DNA of 32,000 bases from the NCBI GenBank assembly GCA_000743035.1, contig CP008938.1, positions 30,001 to 62,000 on the forward strand, in the 5' to 3' direction. The translations under genes were made by a program, and so were the position numbers. The notes under the pieces are model-generated. The model searched no databases. It was not told the origin of the DNA and saw only the letters and a list, made by a program, of their open reading frames with translations. This document shows positions 8,345 to 18,000 of this stretch, piece after piece (the first letter of the stretch is position 1; every line of letters starts with the position of its first letter). This stretch comes from Candidatus Paracaedimonas acanthamoebae (GTDB lineage: Bacteria; Pseudomonadota; Alphaproteobacteria; Caedimonadales; Caedimonadaceae).

Positions 8345-8740
8345 ATGTTAAGAAAATATTTCCTTACAGATAATCAGCCCGTTAAACAAAGATTTTTCCG
8401 TTTTTTATCCAACAATAATTATGGTGAGAAGATAGAGTGGTTTATCTCTTTAGACCTTTATAAAGATCAAGGAGAAACTCTTCACGTTTTAATTACCTAC
8501 CCAGATGGGAATCCTTCCATTTATTCTTATGATATTATCTGTGAAGAACTATCAAAAATTATCAATGCCAGTGGTTATCCTAAAAAAGAAACAATCTTTT
8601 ATATTTTATCTCCTAAAACAAGCCGCCAAAACCAAATTTTTAAAGTTATTTTAGGAACTTCACATACGAAAGAATTCTTTGAATGGGTTAACATTGAAGA
8701 GGTTCCTTTTAATCTCGAAAAATATCAACATTCATCTTAA
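8345..8740 (+). CDS. 131-aa hypothetical protein, coupled to the 355-aa ORF
   Basis: The ATG lies 1 nt after the upstream TAA (TAACATG). The reading frame is clean and no motif was recognised. Confidence 0.5.
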   Translation: MLRKYFLTDNQPVKQRFFRFLSNNNYGEKIEWFISLDLYKDQGETLHVLITYPDGNPSIYSYDIICEELSKIINASGYPKKETIFYILSPKTSRQNQIFKVILGTSHTKEFFEWVNIEEVPFNLEKYQHSS

Positions 8741-8767
8741 ATCTAGAATAATAAGAGAACCAAACTT

Positions 8768-10648
8768 ATGCCTCATAAGAATTTTCATACAGATGCCTTT
8801 ACAAGGGGGGGACAAATATTCTCCCACGAATGGCGCATGCGCTTTCAGAACTTTAAGCTTGTTGTAAGCTTAGGGCTTGTTTTGGCTCTAATTGTTTTGA
8901 GTTGTGCAATTTATCTTTCTCAAATTGAGTTATGGCTATGGAATGATTTTTGGCTTCAAACCTATGTTTGGGGACATTTAAAGCTCATGATTTGGCCTCT
9001 TTTTAAAATGGGGCTATTGTTCTTGATGGAAGGGCTTGCTTTTATTATCCCTCAAGCAAAAATTCTTGAGATGGCAAGAACAGAAACCCACCATTTAATG
9101 ACGACCTACTTTCACCCTTATAATGGCAATATTGTTATGCCCACTATTCAATTTTTAAAGCACCCTTGGGTGGCCTATCATGCGTCCCTTATTCATAAGA
9201 TCTTGATGTACACTTTTGGCAGCTGGATTTTGGGAATGAGCGGAGTTGTTTATTTGTTTTACAAGAAGAGCCGTACCTTAGAGCAAAAACAAATTCTCAA
9301 AGGAAATAGAATGATCTCAGCTCGTGAGGCCAAGGTGAGCTTAAAAGTAAAAAGTTCAGATCTCTCTCTGGCAGGGTGTCCGTTGCCTAAAGGATCTGAG
9401 ACAGAGCATTTTCTTCTTACAGGAACCACAGGAGTTGGAAAAACCAATTGTCTTCATGAACTGCTCCCTCAAATCAGGAAAAAAAACAATAAAGCCATTA
9501 TTGTTGATTTAAGAGGGAACTTAACACCCATTTATTATCGCCCTGGACAAGATATTCTGCTCAACCCTTTTGATAAAAGATCTGAGAATTGGCATGTCTG
9601 GGCTGAATGCCGTCATGCTTATGAATTTGATGAAATGGCTGAAATTCTTCTGCCTTCATCCTCACATAGTGGGGAGCAAGAATGGTGGAATAAAGCCGGA
9701 AGAGCCATGTTTTCTGTGGGAGCTAAGAAGCTTTATGATGAAGGAAGATTTAGTATACAAGCTTTAAAAGATTACCTTATTGCTCTCCCTCTTAAAGATA
9801 TCCTGCCCTTTTTTGAAGGAACTGATATTGCTTCTTTTGCGGAGAAAGATGCTTCAAAAACCACGGCTTCTATCAGAAGTGTTCTCACGCCTCTCATGCG
9901 CAAGATTGCTTATCTTCCTGACCAAGCACAAGCTTTTTCAATCCGCGATTGGGTCGCGCGTGAGGATGATAAATCCTGGCTCTTTCTCACAGCAGGTCCT
10001 AACCAAAAAAGAGCTTTACTTCCTTTGCTGTCAGCGTGGATAGGGTGGGCCATGAACTCTTTAAAGACACTTCCTGAAGTCCATCATCCACGTCTTTGGT
10101 TTATTTGTGATGAGCTTCCTCAATTACAATATCTGCCCACTCTTGAAGAAGGCCTTTCAGAAATTAGAGGATTTGGGGGCTGCTTTGTGGCAGGTATTCA
10201 AGATATCCATCAATTAAAAAAGGTTTATGGCCCTCAAGAAGCTCATACGCTCTTAAGCCTCTTTAATACTAAGGTTATCTTTAATTGTGGCAATATAGAA
10301 ACAGCTTCTTATATGGCTTCTTTTTTTGGCGAGCATGAAGTCAAAGAACATTCTGAAGGGCTTTCTTTTGGAGCTAATAGTGTCAGAGATGGAGTTAACT
10401 TAAGCCAACATAAAAAGACAGAAGCTCTTGTTAAGCCTCATGATCTATTGATGCTTCCAAAGCTTCAAGCTTATCTTAAAAGACCTGGGGGGCATTCATC
10501 TGTTCACTTATACTTTAATTACAATAAGGCTCTTGCCACTCAACCTCGGTTTATTCCTGCCGAAAATTATGCTGATCCCATTGATGAAGAAAGTCAGGAA
10601 AATTCATCCTCGGTTTATTCTGAGGAAAAAGAAAAAGTTTTTGCTTAA
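8768..10648 (+). CDS. Type IV coupling protein (TraD/TrwB/VirD4 family)
   Basis: The N-terminus (FTRGGQIFSHEWRMRFQ) resembles F TraD (TQGGQIASMRIRMFSQ). TM segments are followed by Walker A (LLTGTTGVGKTN) and Walker B (LWFICDELPQL), then GGCFVAGIQDIHQL. Confidence 0.9.
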   Translation: MPHKNFHTDAFTRGGQIFSHEWRMRFQNFKLVVSLGLVLALIVLSCAIYLSQIELWLWNDFWLQTYVWGHLKLMIWPLFKMGLLFLMEGLAFIIPQAKILEMARTETHHLMTTYFHPYNGNIVMPTIQFLKHPWVAYHASLIHKILMYTFGSWILGMSGVVYLFYKKSRTLEQKQILKGNRMISAREAKVSLKVKSSDLSLAGCPLPKGSETEHFLLTGTTGVGKTNCLHELLPQIRKKNNKAIIVDLRGNLTPIYYRPGQDILLNPFDKRSENWHVWAECRHAYEFDEMAEILLPSSSHSGEQEWWNKAGRAMFSVGAKKLYDEGRFSIQALKDYLIALPLKDILPFFEGTDIASFAEKDASKTTASIRSVLTPLMRKIAYLPDQAQAFSIRDWVAREDDKSWLFLTAGPNQKRALLPLLSAWIGWAMNSLKTLPEVHHPRLWFICDELPQLQYLPTLEEGLSEIRGFGGCFVAGIQDIHQLKKVYGPQEAHTLLSLFNTKVIFNCGNIETASYMASFFGEHEVKEHSEGLSFGANSVRDGVNLSQHKKTEALVKPHDLLMLPKLQAYLKRPGGHSSVHLYFNYNKALATQPRFIPAENYADPIDEESQENSSSVYSEEKEKVFA

Positions 10649-10698
10649 AAAGCTATCTCTTCCTAAAATGAGATTTAACGACGATCACAATGAATTTT

Positions 10699-10733
10699 AA
10701 GAGGGAGTTGATTCCCTCTTTTAAGTTTTTTTT
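10699..10733 (+). terminator. Intrinsic terminator after the coupling-protein gene
   Basis: An 8-bp stem AAGAGGGA/TCCCTCTT with a 6-nt loop is followed by TTAAGTTTTTTTT. Confidence 0.5.
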
Positions 10734-10888
10734 ATAAAGACAACTCTAATTCGTGCTCTTTTTCCAGTTCCAAAGTTTTAGTTATCTTCTGAGCGATTCC
10801 CTTAAAGTGTTGCTCTTCTCTTTGAGCGATAAATTTAATTGAAGAAGAATCAATGGTGTCTCCTTTTTCAAGGGCAAGTATTGTATAC
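10732..10888 (-). pseudogene. Relic of the 3' end of a second, diverged traA allele (52 codons plus stop)
   Basis: Positions 10730-10888 align without gaps to 12017-12175 (144/159 identical by hand count). On the minus strand it translates as YTILALEKGDTIDSSSIKFIAQREEQHFKGIAQKITKTLELEKEHELELSL*. The genuine TraA tail is YTMLALEKGDTIDSSSIKSVAQKEEQHFKGIALKITKTLELEKEHEVELPL*. Confidence 0.8.
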
Positions 10889-10935
10889 TGGGTATCAGTC
10901 CCATTTTGGAATGAAAATGGTCGAATAAAATACAG

Positions 10936-10960
10936 TGACAGGGTTTTTATAACCCTGTCA
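10936..10960 (-). terminator. Stem-loop terminator downstream of the minus-strand cargo ORF
   Basis: A 10-bp perfect stem TGACAGGGTT/AACCCTGTCA has a 5-nt loop, followed on the minus strand by CTGTATTTTATT. It lies 12 nt past the ORF stop at 10972. Confidence 0.45.
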
Positions 10961-10971
10961 TTATCTAAGAT

Positions 10972-11723
10972 CTAATTCGAGTAAAATCTAGAAAAAAAAT
11001 TATTTATTGATGAAAGTTCCAAATTTTGAAAGCTCTGTAAAAAACTTATTACTTTTTTGTTATTTTTTTCATTTTTATCTTTAATATAGTAAAGATGAAT
11101 TTTTCCTTTTTTGTTGAGACAAGTCATAGTTCTAAGAATATTTCCTTTAGAAAAATCGTTTTCTAACTGACTAAAATCGACGTGGTTGCACTGCGGAGAT
11201 TTTGTCATTGAGTTTTCTCTTAAATGGCTAAAATGATAGCTATACCATTGGATGCTTGCTTCTTGCCCGTAACTTGTGCATGGAAGATCTTTTTTAGTAC
11301 ATCCATTGCTACGAAATTTTGCTTCATTAAAAATAGGTAAATCTTCTTGGGTTGAGAGGAATATCCCATCTATTCCTTCCCCTTTTGCAGATGCTTTAGT
11401 CGTGATTGTACAGCCAATAACTCTCTTAGCTTCGTTCCTGTTCCCTCGAAAAGAATTTGAGCAACAATCTCTCCTAATATCCCCTTAGCTTTGCTCATAT
11501 TGTGATTGTTTATATTCTCCTTCTCCATAATCAATTTAATCCATTGTTGAATCGTTGCTTCACCGGCCCCAATTATCTTTACACTATGAACATACAGTGG
11601 TTCGGCTACCCCATCATCTTCACATATATATTTTGCATGAGAGCCAAAACTGATAGGGTTAATTGATAAGGTAGTAATAAAAACCAAAAGTATTTTAAAA
11701 ATCATCTTTTTGTAATAACTCAT
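10972..11723 (-). pseudogene. Frameshifted gene for a secreted protein with a PD-(D/E)xK-like nuclease motif (the 117-aa and 78-aa track ORFs are two pieces of one reading frame pair)
   Basis: The 117-aa ORF has a signal peptide and a GxxGE helix (KGILGEIVAQILFEGTG). A second minus-strand frame is open from about 11480 to 10972. It reads ...NEAKRVIGCTITTKASAKGEGIDGIFLSTQEDLPIFNEAKFRSNGC... and continues into the 78-aa ORF. The two frames overlap around 11421-11447. Confidence 0.45.
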
Positions 11724-12018
11724 AATAGGTCCCCCAAATAATGTTTCTTTAAGCTTAGTAACTCATTTCCTAAGCCACAGACAAGTTAGCAAGAATATGG
11801 GAAAGGTAGCTAGAATTAATTTCTAATTAACCAAAAACTTCTTACTCATCTTTGATATTATTGATTATGGGTTGCATATTATGTGATGCATATAAGATCT
11901 ATAAACCCCCACTCCCTCTAGGAAATTTTCACGAATGTACCTTTATATAACGCATTTTGTGCTTTAAGGTCATATCCAGTACATGGGTTTATATTGCACC
12001 GACATGCCCACTAGGCTT

Positions 12019-15000
12019 TTATAAAGGCAACTCAACTTCGTGCTCTTTCTCAAGTTCCAAAGTTTTAGTTATCTTCAGGGCAATTCCCTTAAAATGTTGT
12101 TCTTCTTTTTGAGCGACAGATTTAATTGAAGAAGAATCAATGGTGTCGCCTTTTTCAAGGGCAAGCATTGTATACGCAAACCTCTTTGTGATCTCAAAGC
12201 TCTGAGGGTGAGCGAGAGCCTCTGGGTCGTCTTTTTTTAGAATTTCGGTTGCTTGCAAAACCAAACTCAATTTTTTAGGATGAAGGTTTATACTCTCTTC
12301 TAAGTGTTGATAGTAGTTAGCTCCTATTCTTGCGGTTTGTTCTGAAGCTCCAGCTTCAAGAAACTTTGTATAGGTTTTTTCAATATTTTGATGACTTGCT
12401 GAGTAAACTCTTTGGGTATCCATATAAATCTCATAAGACTTAGGAGCTTTGCCATGTTTGAGGAGATGCTCTTGATAAAGTCTTCCTTCAATTTTTGAGA
12501 GTCTATCCGCATACGTAAAGAGTTCGTCTTGAGTCAATTGCTTGTTTTCAAGAGCATATTCTATATAGCGCTCTTGTCTTTCTTTCTCATGATAAACACG
12601 TTGAGTAAGGACCTTTTCTGAGAGCTCAGGATAAAAATGCTTAAGAACAATCATTCTGTTAAAAGTAGGATCATCTTCTTTTAAAAGACTTTGAGTTTTT
12701 TCTTGAGGGACTTCTTGGGTTGTTGGTGAGAGGATAGTCCTATTAAGAACAATTTGTTCTTCAGTGAGTCGGGCTTGAGGGCGTCCTGAGAGGTGGGTTT
12801 CCTTTTGGGAGCGTCTTTCTTTGAATGAAGCAACCTCCTTAAGCACTTCTTGAACAACAGCAATCCCTTCTTCTTGAAGAATATCATTAAAATCCCGTCC
12901 CTTTTCCCCTTGTGGTCTAACAATAGAGGCTTTGAACCCCTCTTCTTGAAGTTTCTTTAGATTTTGCTCAGATGATTTCCAAGCCTGAGAGCCCACCTCA
13001 TCTGCATCACAACATAAGATGACAGGCTGATCCTTGTCTTTAATATGGCTTCCTACATAGCGCATATTAGAAAGGCCTAAAGTTACAAGAATCCTCCCTT
13101 GAATGCCAGCTTCTTTTAAAGAGAGGGCTGTCTCAATTCCTTCTGCAACATAAGTAGGACCTTCCCCTGCTTGAACCTCAACAGCCGTATTCTTAATGGA
13201 TCCTAAAGAGCGCTTTTTAACTTCAATATCTGCTTTATTTGCTGTTTGGGGATCGAGATAGATCAGTTGGACCGCTGTCAGCTTCTCTTGAGGATCTCGT
13301 GAAAAGGAAGCTAAGACTGGATAAGAGGGGGCTTTGTCATAATCTTTATACTCAGCAATAAACCTTAAATCTTCGGGCAGCTCTGCTGTTTTAATATGAC
13401 GATGTTCTCTTAAGTATTTTTCTGCAAGCTTTCCTTGAATGGAGCGTGAAGTATCATAAAGCTTTTTTGTAGTAGCTTGTGACTTCTCAATTTTAGCCTT
13501 TTCTTCTATCTCAGCTTGGAGTTTAAGCTCATTCTGCTTTTGTGCTCTTTCTTCCCAATTGATGGATATCAATTGAGGGGCATTAATCTCTTCTCCTATC
13601 TGCTTAATGGCGTCTTTATAAGAAATTTTAAGTGATTTGCTCACATAATTAAAGATGTCCCCACCTTCACCCGTTTTAAAGTTACTCCAGGTGCTTTGAT
13701 CCCGATAGATGACAAATCCTCCTTTAGAGCCGTATCTTATTTCATGAGAGCGGTAAGTAGGCTTAGGATTCGTCACCCACAGGTCAATATGACGTGCAAA
13801 TATCTCTTCAATGTGTGATTTTGTAAGGCTTGAGAGGATATCTTCTTTATCATAAAGAGGTGTTTTATAAGCTTTGGGGAGAGGGTGCCCTTTCTTTTCT
13901 GTGTATCTCTCAGCCTCACGCTCCTCTCGATAAGAAAGCTCTGCTTGACTCTTGCCAGGGATAAGCCTTCTCTCGTCCTGCTCAATAAGGTGCCCATCCA
14001 AGGTCAGTCCAGCTTTATCTAAAGCCTTTTGAATGCGCCCTTGTACCTTTTCATCTCCCAAGCTCAACTGGTCTTTTAAGAACAAAACAACAGCGTGATC
14101 TTTAAACTTCTCAGGATCTCTCTCATGAATCTTTTGAAGGCGATAACTTGAGGACGCATACCGTAAAGCTTGATCTTTCACTTGTCTTAAAGAGGGGTCG
14201 AATACTTCTTGATTTTGAGAGACAAATCCCCCTTGGATTAGATCAAAAGCAGCCTTATTCCTTTTGCCTGCGGCGATAGCAAGATGGGGAATTTCTTGAT
14301 TTTCTGACTTAATAATATGATCAATTTCATTAAGCTTTTTCTCGAACAAATCATTTTGTCTCAAGGCAAGAGAGATAATCTCTTTTTGGACGCTCCCTTG
14401 CTCTGGGGTATTTAAATCCCATCCATAGGTTTGAGCCCCTTTTTCTATCCAAGTCTGAACTTTATGTTTAAGAGCCTCTTTGGCGGCATTTTGACCATCT
14501 CCTTCTTTCTCAAAGGATGTCCAATCTTGAGAGGTCAATTTTGCTTCTTTAAGAGCGTGAGTCGTTCTTTGAATCGTTCGCTCAACAAAAAAGTGTGGAT
14601 TATATTTGGCATTCTTAGCATGAAGCTGAGCTTCAAGTGCAAGGACGTGTTCTTGATAGGCAACCTTTTCACCTGCCAATTTAAGGTCTGCTTGCTCAGA
14701 ATATACTTGCCAGATATCGGAGAATCTTTGCTTGGCCTCATTATATCCCTCTAATAGAAGAGAGACGTCGCCTTGTTTTTCGTGAGGTAAAGATAAGATC
14801 GTTCCATAATGATGAAGAGCCTCAACAGAAACTCTTTCTTGCTTGAGGGCTGTTAAGGTGTAAGTAAGGCGTTCATCTTGTTCTAAAGAAAGCCACCCTT
14901 GAATCTCTTGAGCAAGTGCTGGTTTTTCTTGAGGAGAGGCTTGCTTGAAGTGCCTGACCTGCTCTGTCATTTCTTGGGCATGAGCTTCTTTAAAGAGACG

Positions 15001-18000
15001 ATCATATTCGTGGTGAGGCGTAAAGTGGTGAAGAGTGGAATAGGCCTTCATTAGAGAACGTGCTTTTTCAAGCTTATTTATTCTTAATGAACTCCAGGAA
15101 CTCTGCTTGCCTTCTCTTGTGTAGATCTCCACATACCCGCTTCTTCCTTTTTGAAGTGAGGTATGTAACTGGTTCAGCTCAACTTGGTGTCCTTGGATTT
15201 CATTTTGCAGATCAGACCAATTTTGAACTCCATTTACGGTTAAACGAAGATGGTTATTTACATACACAAGGGTTTGCGGATTTGATGCCTTAGCTTTAAG
15301 AACCTTTATCGCTTCTTCTTCCAAAGTCGCTCTCTCAAGTCTGTTGGTGCTATCCAAAAGATTGAGCGCCTTAATTTGTTCCTCTTGCACACGGGCAACC
15401 TTTTGGGTGGCAGTCGTTTTAATAATCTCCCATTCTTTGGCCACCTCTTGATGAAGGGAGCGATAGGTGGAGAGGTCTGTATACACTTGATCAAGCTCAT
15501 CTAAAGTATGGATGGATACTTCTTTCCCTTGCTGTTGCACTTTAAGACATCCTTGCTCAAACTTGAGCTTTTGAAGATCAACTCCTTGCTCTTTGAGAAG
15601 GCCATAAAGGGGCTTATCAACACTCCCTTCTTCTTTAAAGACAAAAGAGACCAACTTATCCGCCATCTGTACTCTTGCCTCTAAGGTGTCAGCTGTCTTA
15701 TAGGCTTCAACAATACCTCTGACTTCTCCAAAAACTGCATGCTTTAAGAGCATCTCTTCTTTAAGCCCTAACTTCTCAATAAAGGGGGAGGCTTGGTCAT
15801 AATTGGAGAGGAGATCATAAGCCAGCTTATCTCGGTGACCTGCAAACTCTTTCATCTTCTGCTGATGTGCTTCAACCATAGCAGGTGAGGCAGCAATCTT
15901 TTCAAGCTCAGGGAGCTGCTTATAGGCGGCCACACTCAGAAAATGGAAAGATCTATAGTCTTGAACCTGTTTGTAAGCTGCACGTTCGTGGAACGTTAGC
16001 GTCGATTCATATCTTTCTGTACGTTTGAAAGCTATATGTTGCTCTGCTTGAGCCAGGACAGCTTTAAAGCTTTGAGGACGCTGCTCATACACACTGCCAC
16101 TATAAGTGACATAAGATCCCCCCTGCTCTTTAACTTTAAAGAAAGGCTTATACATTTGAGGGAAACTGGCCATCTCATAAGCCAGCTCATTCCTTATCTC
16201 TTTGATTTTTATGTACTTCTCATACTCTGGATGAGCAGAAGAGAGAGAGCCTGGATGCGTTTGAGCTATCTCTTTCCAAAGATCTTTTGCTTGATCCGCT
16301 ACTTTAAAATAGACCTCAACCTTCTCAAGGGCAGCTTCTTCAGCAGAACTTAACAACCGTTGCTTCAATCCTGCTTGAACTTCAAGGACCTCTCGTCTCA
16401 CCCCTGTTTGCTGAAGAAAAGAAGAACATTGAGGCCAATCTTTAAGAATATCCTCTGCCTTTTGATTCCGCTCTTGAACAAGGCTGTTGTATTGCTCCCA
16501 TTCTTTGGATAAAGAGACTTCTTTTCCGCCTTTCTCAGTTTGTAAAGTTATGGTTTCAATTTGTGTGCGGAGATTACCAGCTTCTTGAGAGATCTTCCAA
16601 TACTGCTGCACAAGATTAAAGTAAGGCTTTTGATGGTCAGGAAGATCATAATCTGTACTTAAGCCCTTATAATCAGCACGTGCCACATGACTCACCATCC
16701 CTTTAAGATCACAGGCTATTCCTTTAGACACATAGCCCTTGAAGCTCTCCTTATGTCGGGTGAGCCAAATCAAAAGCTGATTAGCATTAAAAGAGCTGAA
16801 CAACCCATAAGAATGATCAAAGGTAGCACCTTGAGATTTATTGATGGTCACTGCATAGCCATGAGTTAAGGCGTCATACCCCTTAGTATCAAACCCCACT
16901 AACCTTCCATCAGGAAGTCGGATCTCCACTGTTTGTCGCCGAAGATTAAAAGACTCGATTACCCCTAATGTGCCATTCTTAACGCCTTGCCTTTCACTCT
17001 TTCCCTTTTCTAAAGTTTTAACATGCCACCCTTTATGATCATTGGAGAGGAACATGACACGATCGCCTACCGCAAATCTCCAGTCATGGGCTGATTTTCT
17101 AAAATGCTGATTTTGAGGACCACCTACATCTTGCTCTCCCTGAAAGATTCCTTGTCCTTTTTGACCAAAAACAAACTCTTGGCTACCAAGCTTACCTTGG
17201 CTGCTCAAAGCACCTCTTATCAGCTCATTGAGTGCGATAACATCCTTATTCTTCTGCGCTATTGCCATATGAGTTTGATGAGGGTTCTGTTCAAGTCCCT
17301 CTAAGTAATCTGCCACAAGAGAGATTTTAGCCCCATAATCTGTTTCTCTATAATCAAAGTGACCTTTTTCATCATAAGGCTTTAATCCTTCTTCAATGCG
17401 ATGCTCATTCAATAGCGCTGAAGCTTCTCGCATCCACTTCTCGCGTTGACGTACAACGCCTTGGATCTCATAAGCGCCTACCTTCTCTTCAACCAGTCTT
17501 GCCGCATCCAACCCATAAAGTGCTTTAATCTGCTTATTGTCTTGAACAATCCGAAGCTGAGCACCTGATCTATCGACTTCTTCTAAAAGGCTCTTCCATA
17601 AAGAGCCACTGACCATACTGCCCTCATCCAGAATAACCACATGCTTAGGTGTAAATCGCCATTCTTCAAGACGGTTAATCTCGCCTTTAGCTTTGGCCAA
17701 AGCTTGGCCTTTAAGCTCTTTGTTTTCAATCAGTCTTTTTAAGCTATCTTGCTTGCTCCACCTCTTCTTCAGCTGATCAAGCGTATAGCCTTCAATCCCT
17801 AATTCATAAGACAGCTGATCAGCCACCTTTCCTTGAAAAGCAACACCAATGACTGTCATCCCTGTTCTTTTATAAGCATCCACCACAGGCTTAAGCACAG
17901 TACTTTTTCCTGTTCCTGCTTTGCCTGTCAGCACAGAAATCGCTTGAGGGATAAGAAGATGATCTATGGCTTCTCTTTGTTCTTGAGTAAAAGTGAGACC

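Noticed and set aside
8806-8812. G7/C7 homopolymer tracts in coding regions (8806-8812 in the T4CP, 25446-25452 in the 636-aa gene, 31343-31349 in the STAND gene), plus A8-A9/T8-T9 runs (3184-3191, 9480-9487, 10316-10323, 28988-28996, 31951-31959), considered as phase-variation switches
   Set aside because: The tracts are at or below the length usually associated with slipped-strand switching. The G/C runs simply encode conserved Gly-Gly or Pro-Pro (for example TRGGQ in the T4CP and VPPFP in the NB-ARC motif). A/T runs of this size are expected in AT-rich DNA. I saw no evidence of frame disruption.
11276-11488. 70-aa plus-strand ORF antisense to the frameshifted nuclease-like gene
   Set aside because: It is antisense to a region with better coding evidence on the minus strand, with no SD and no motifs.
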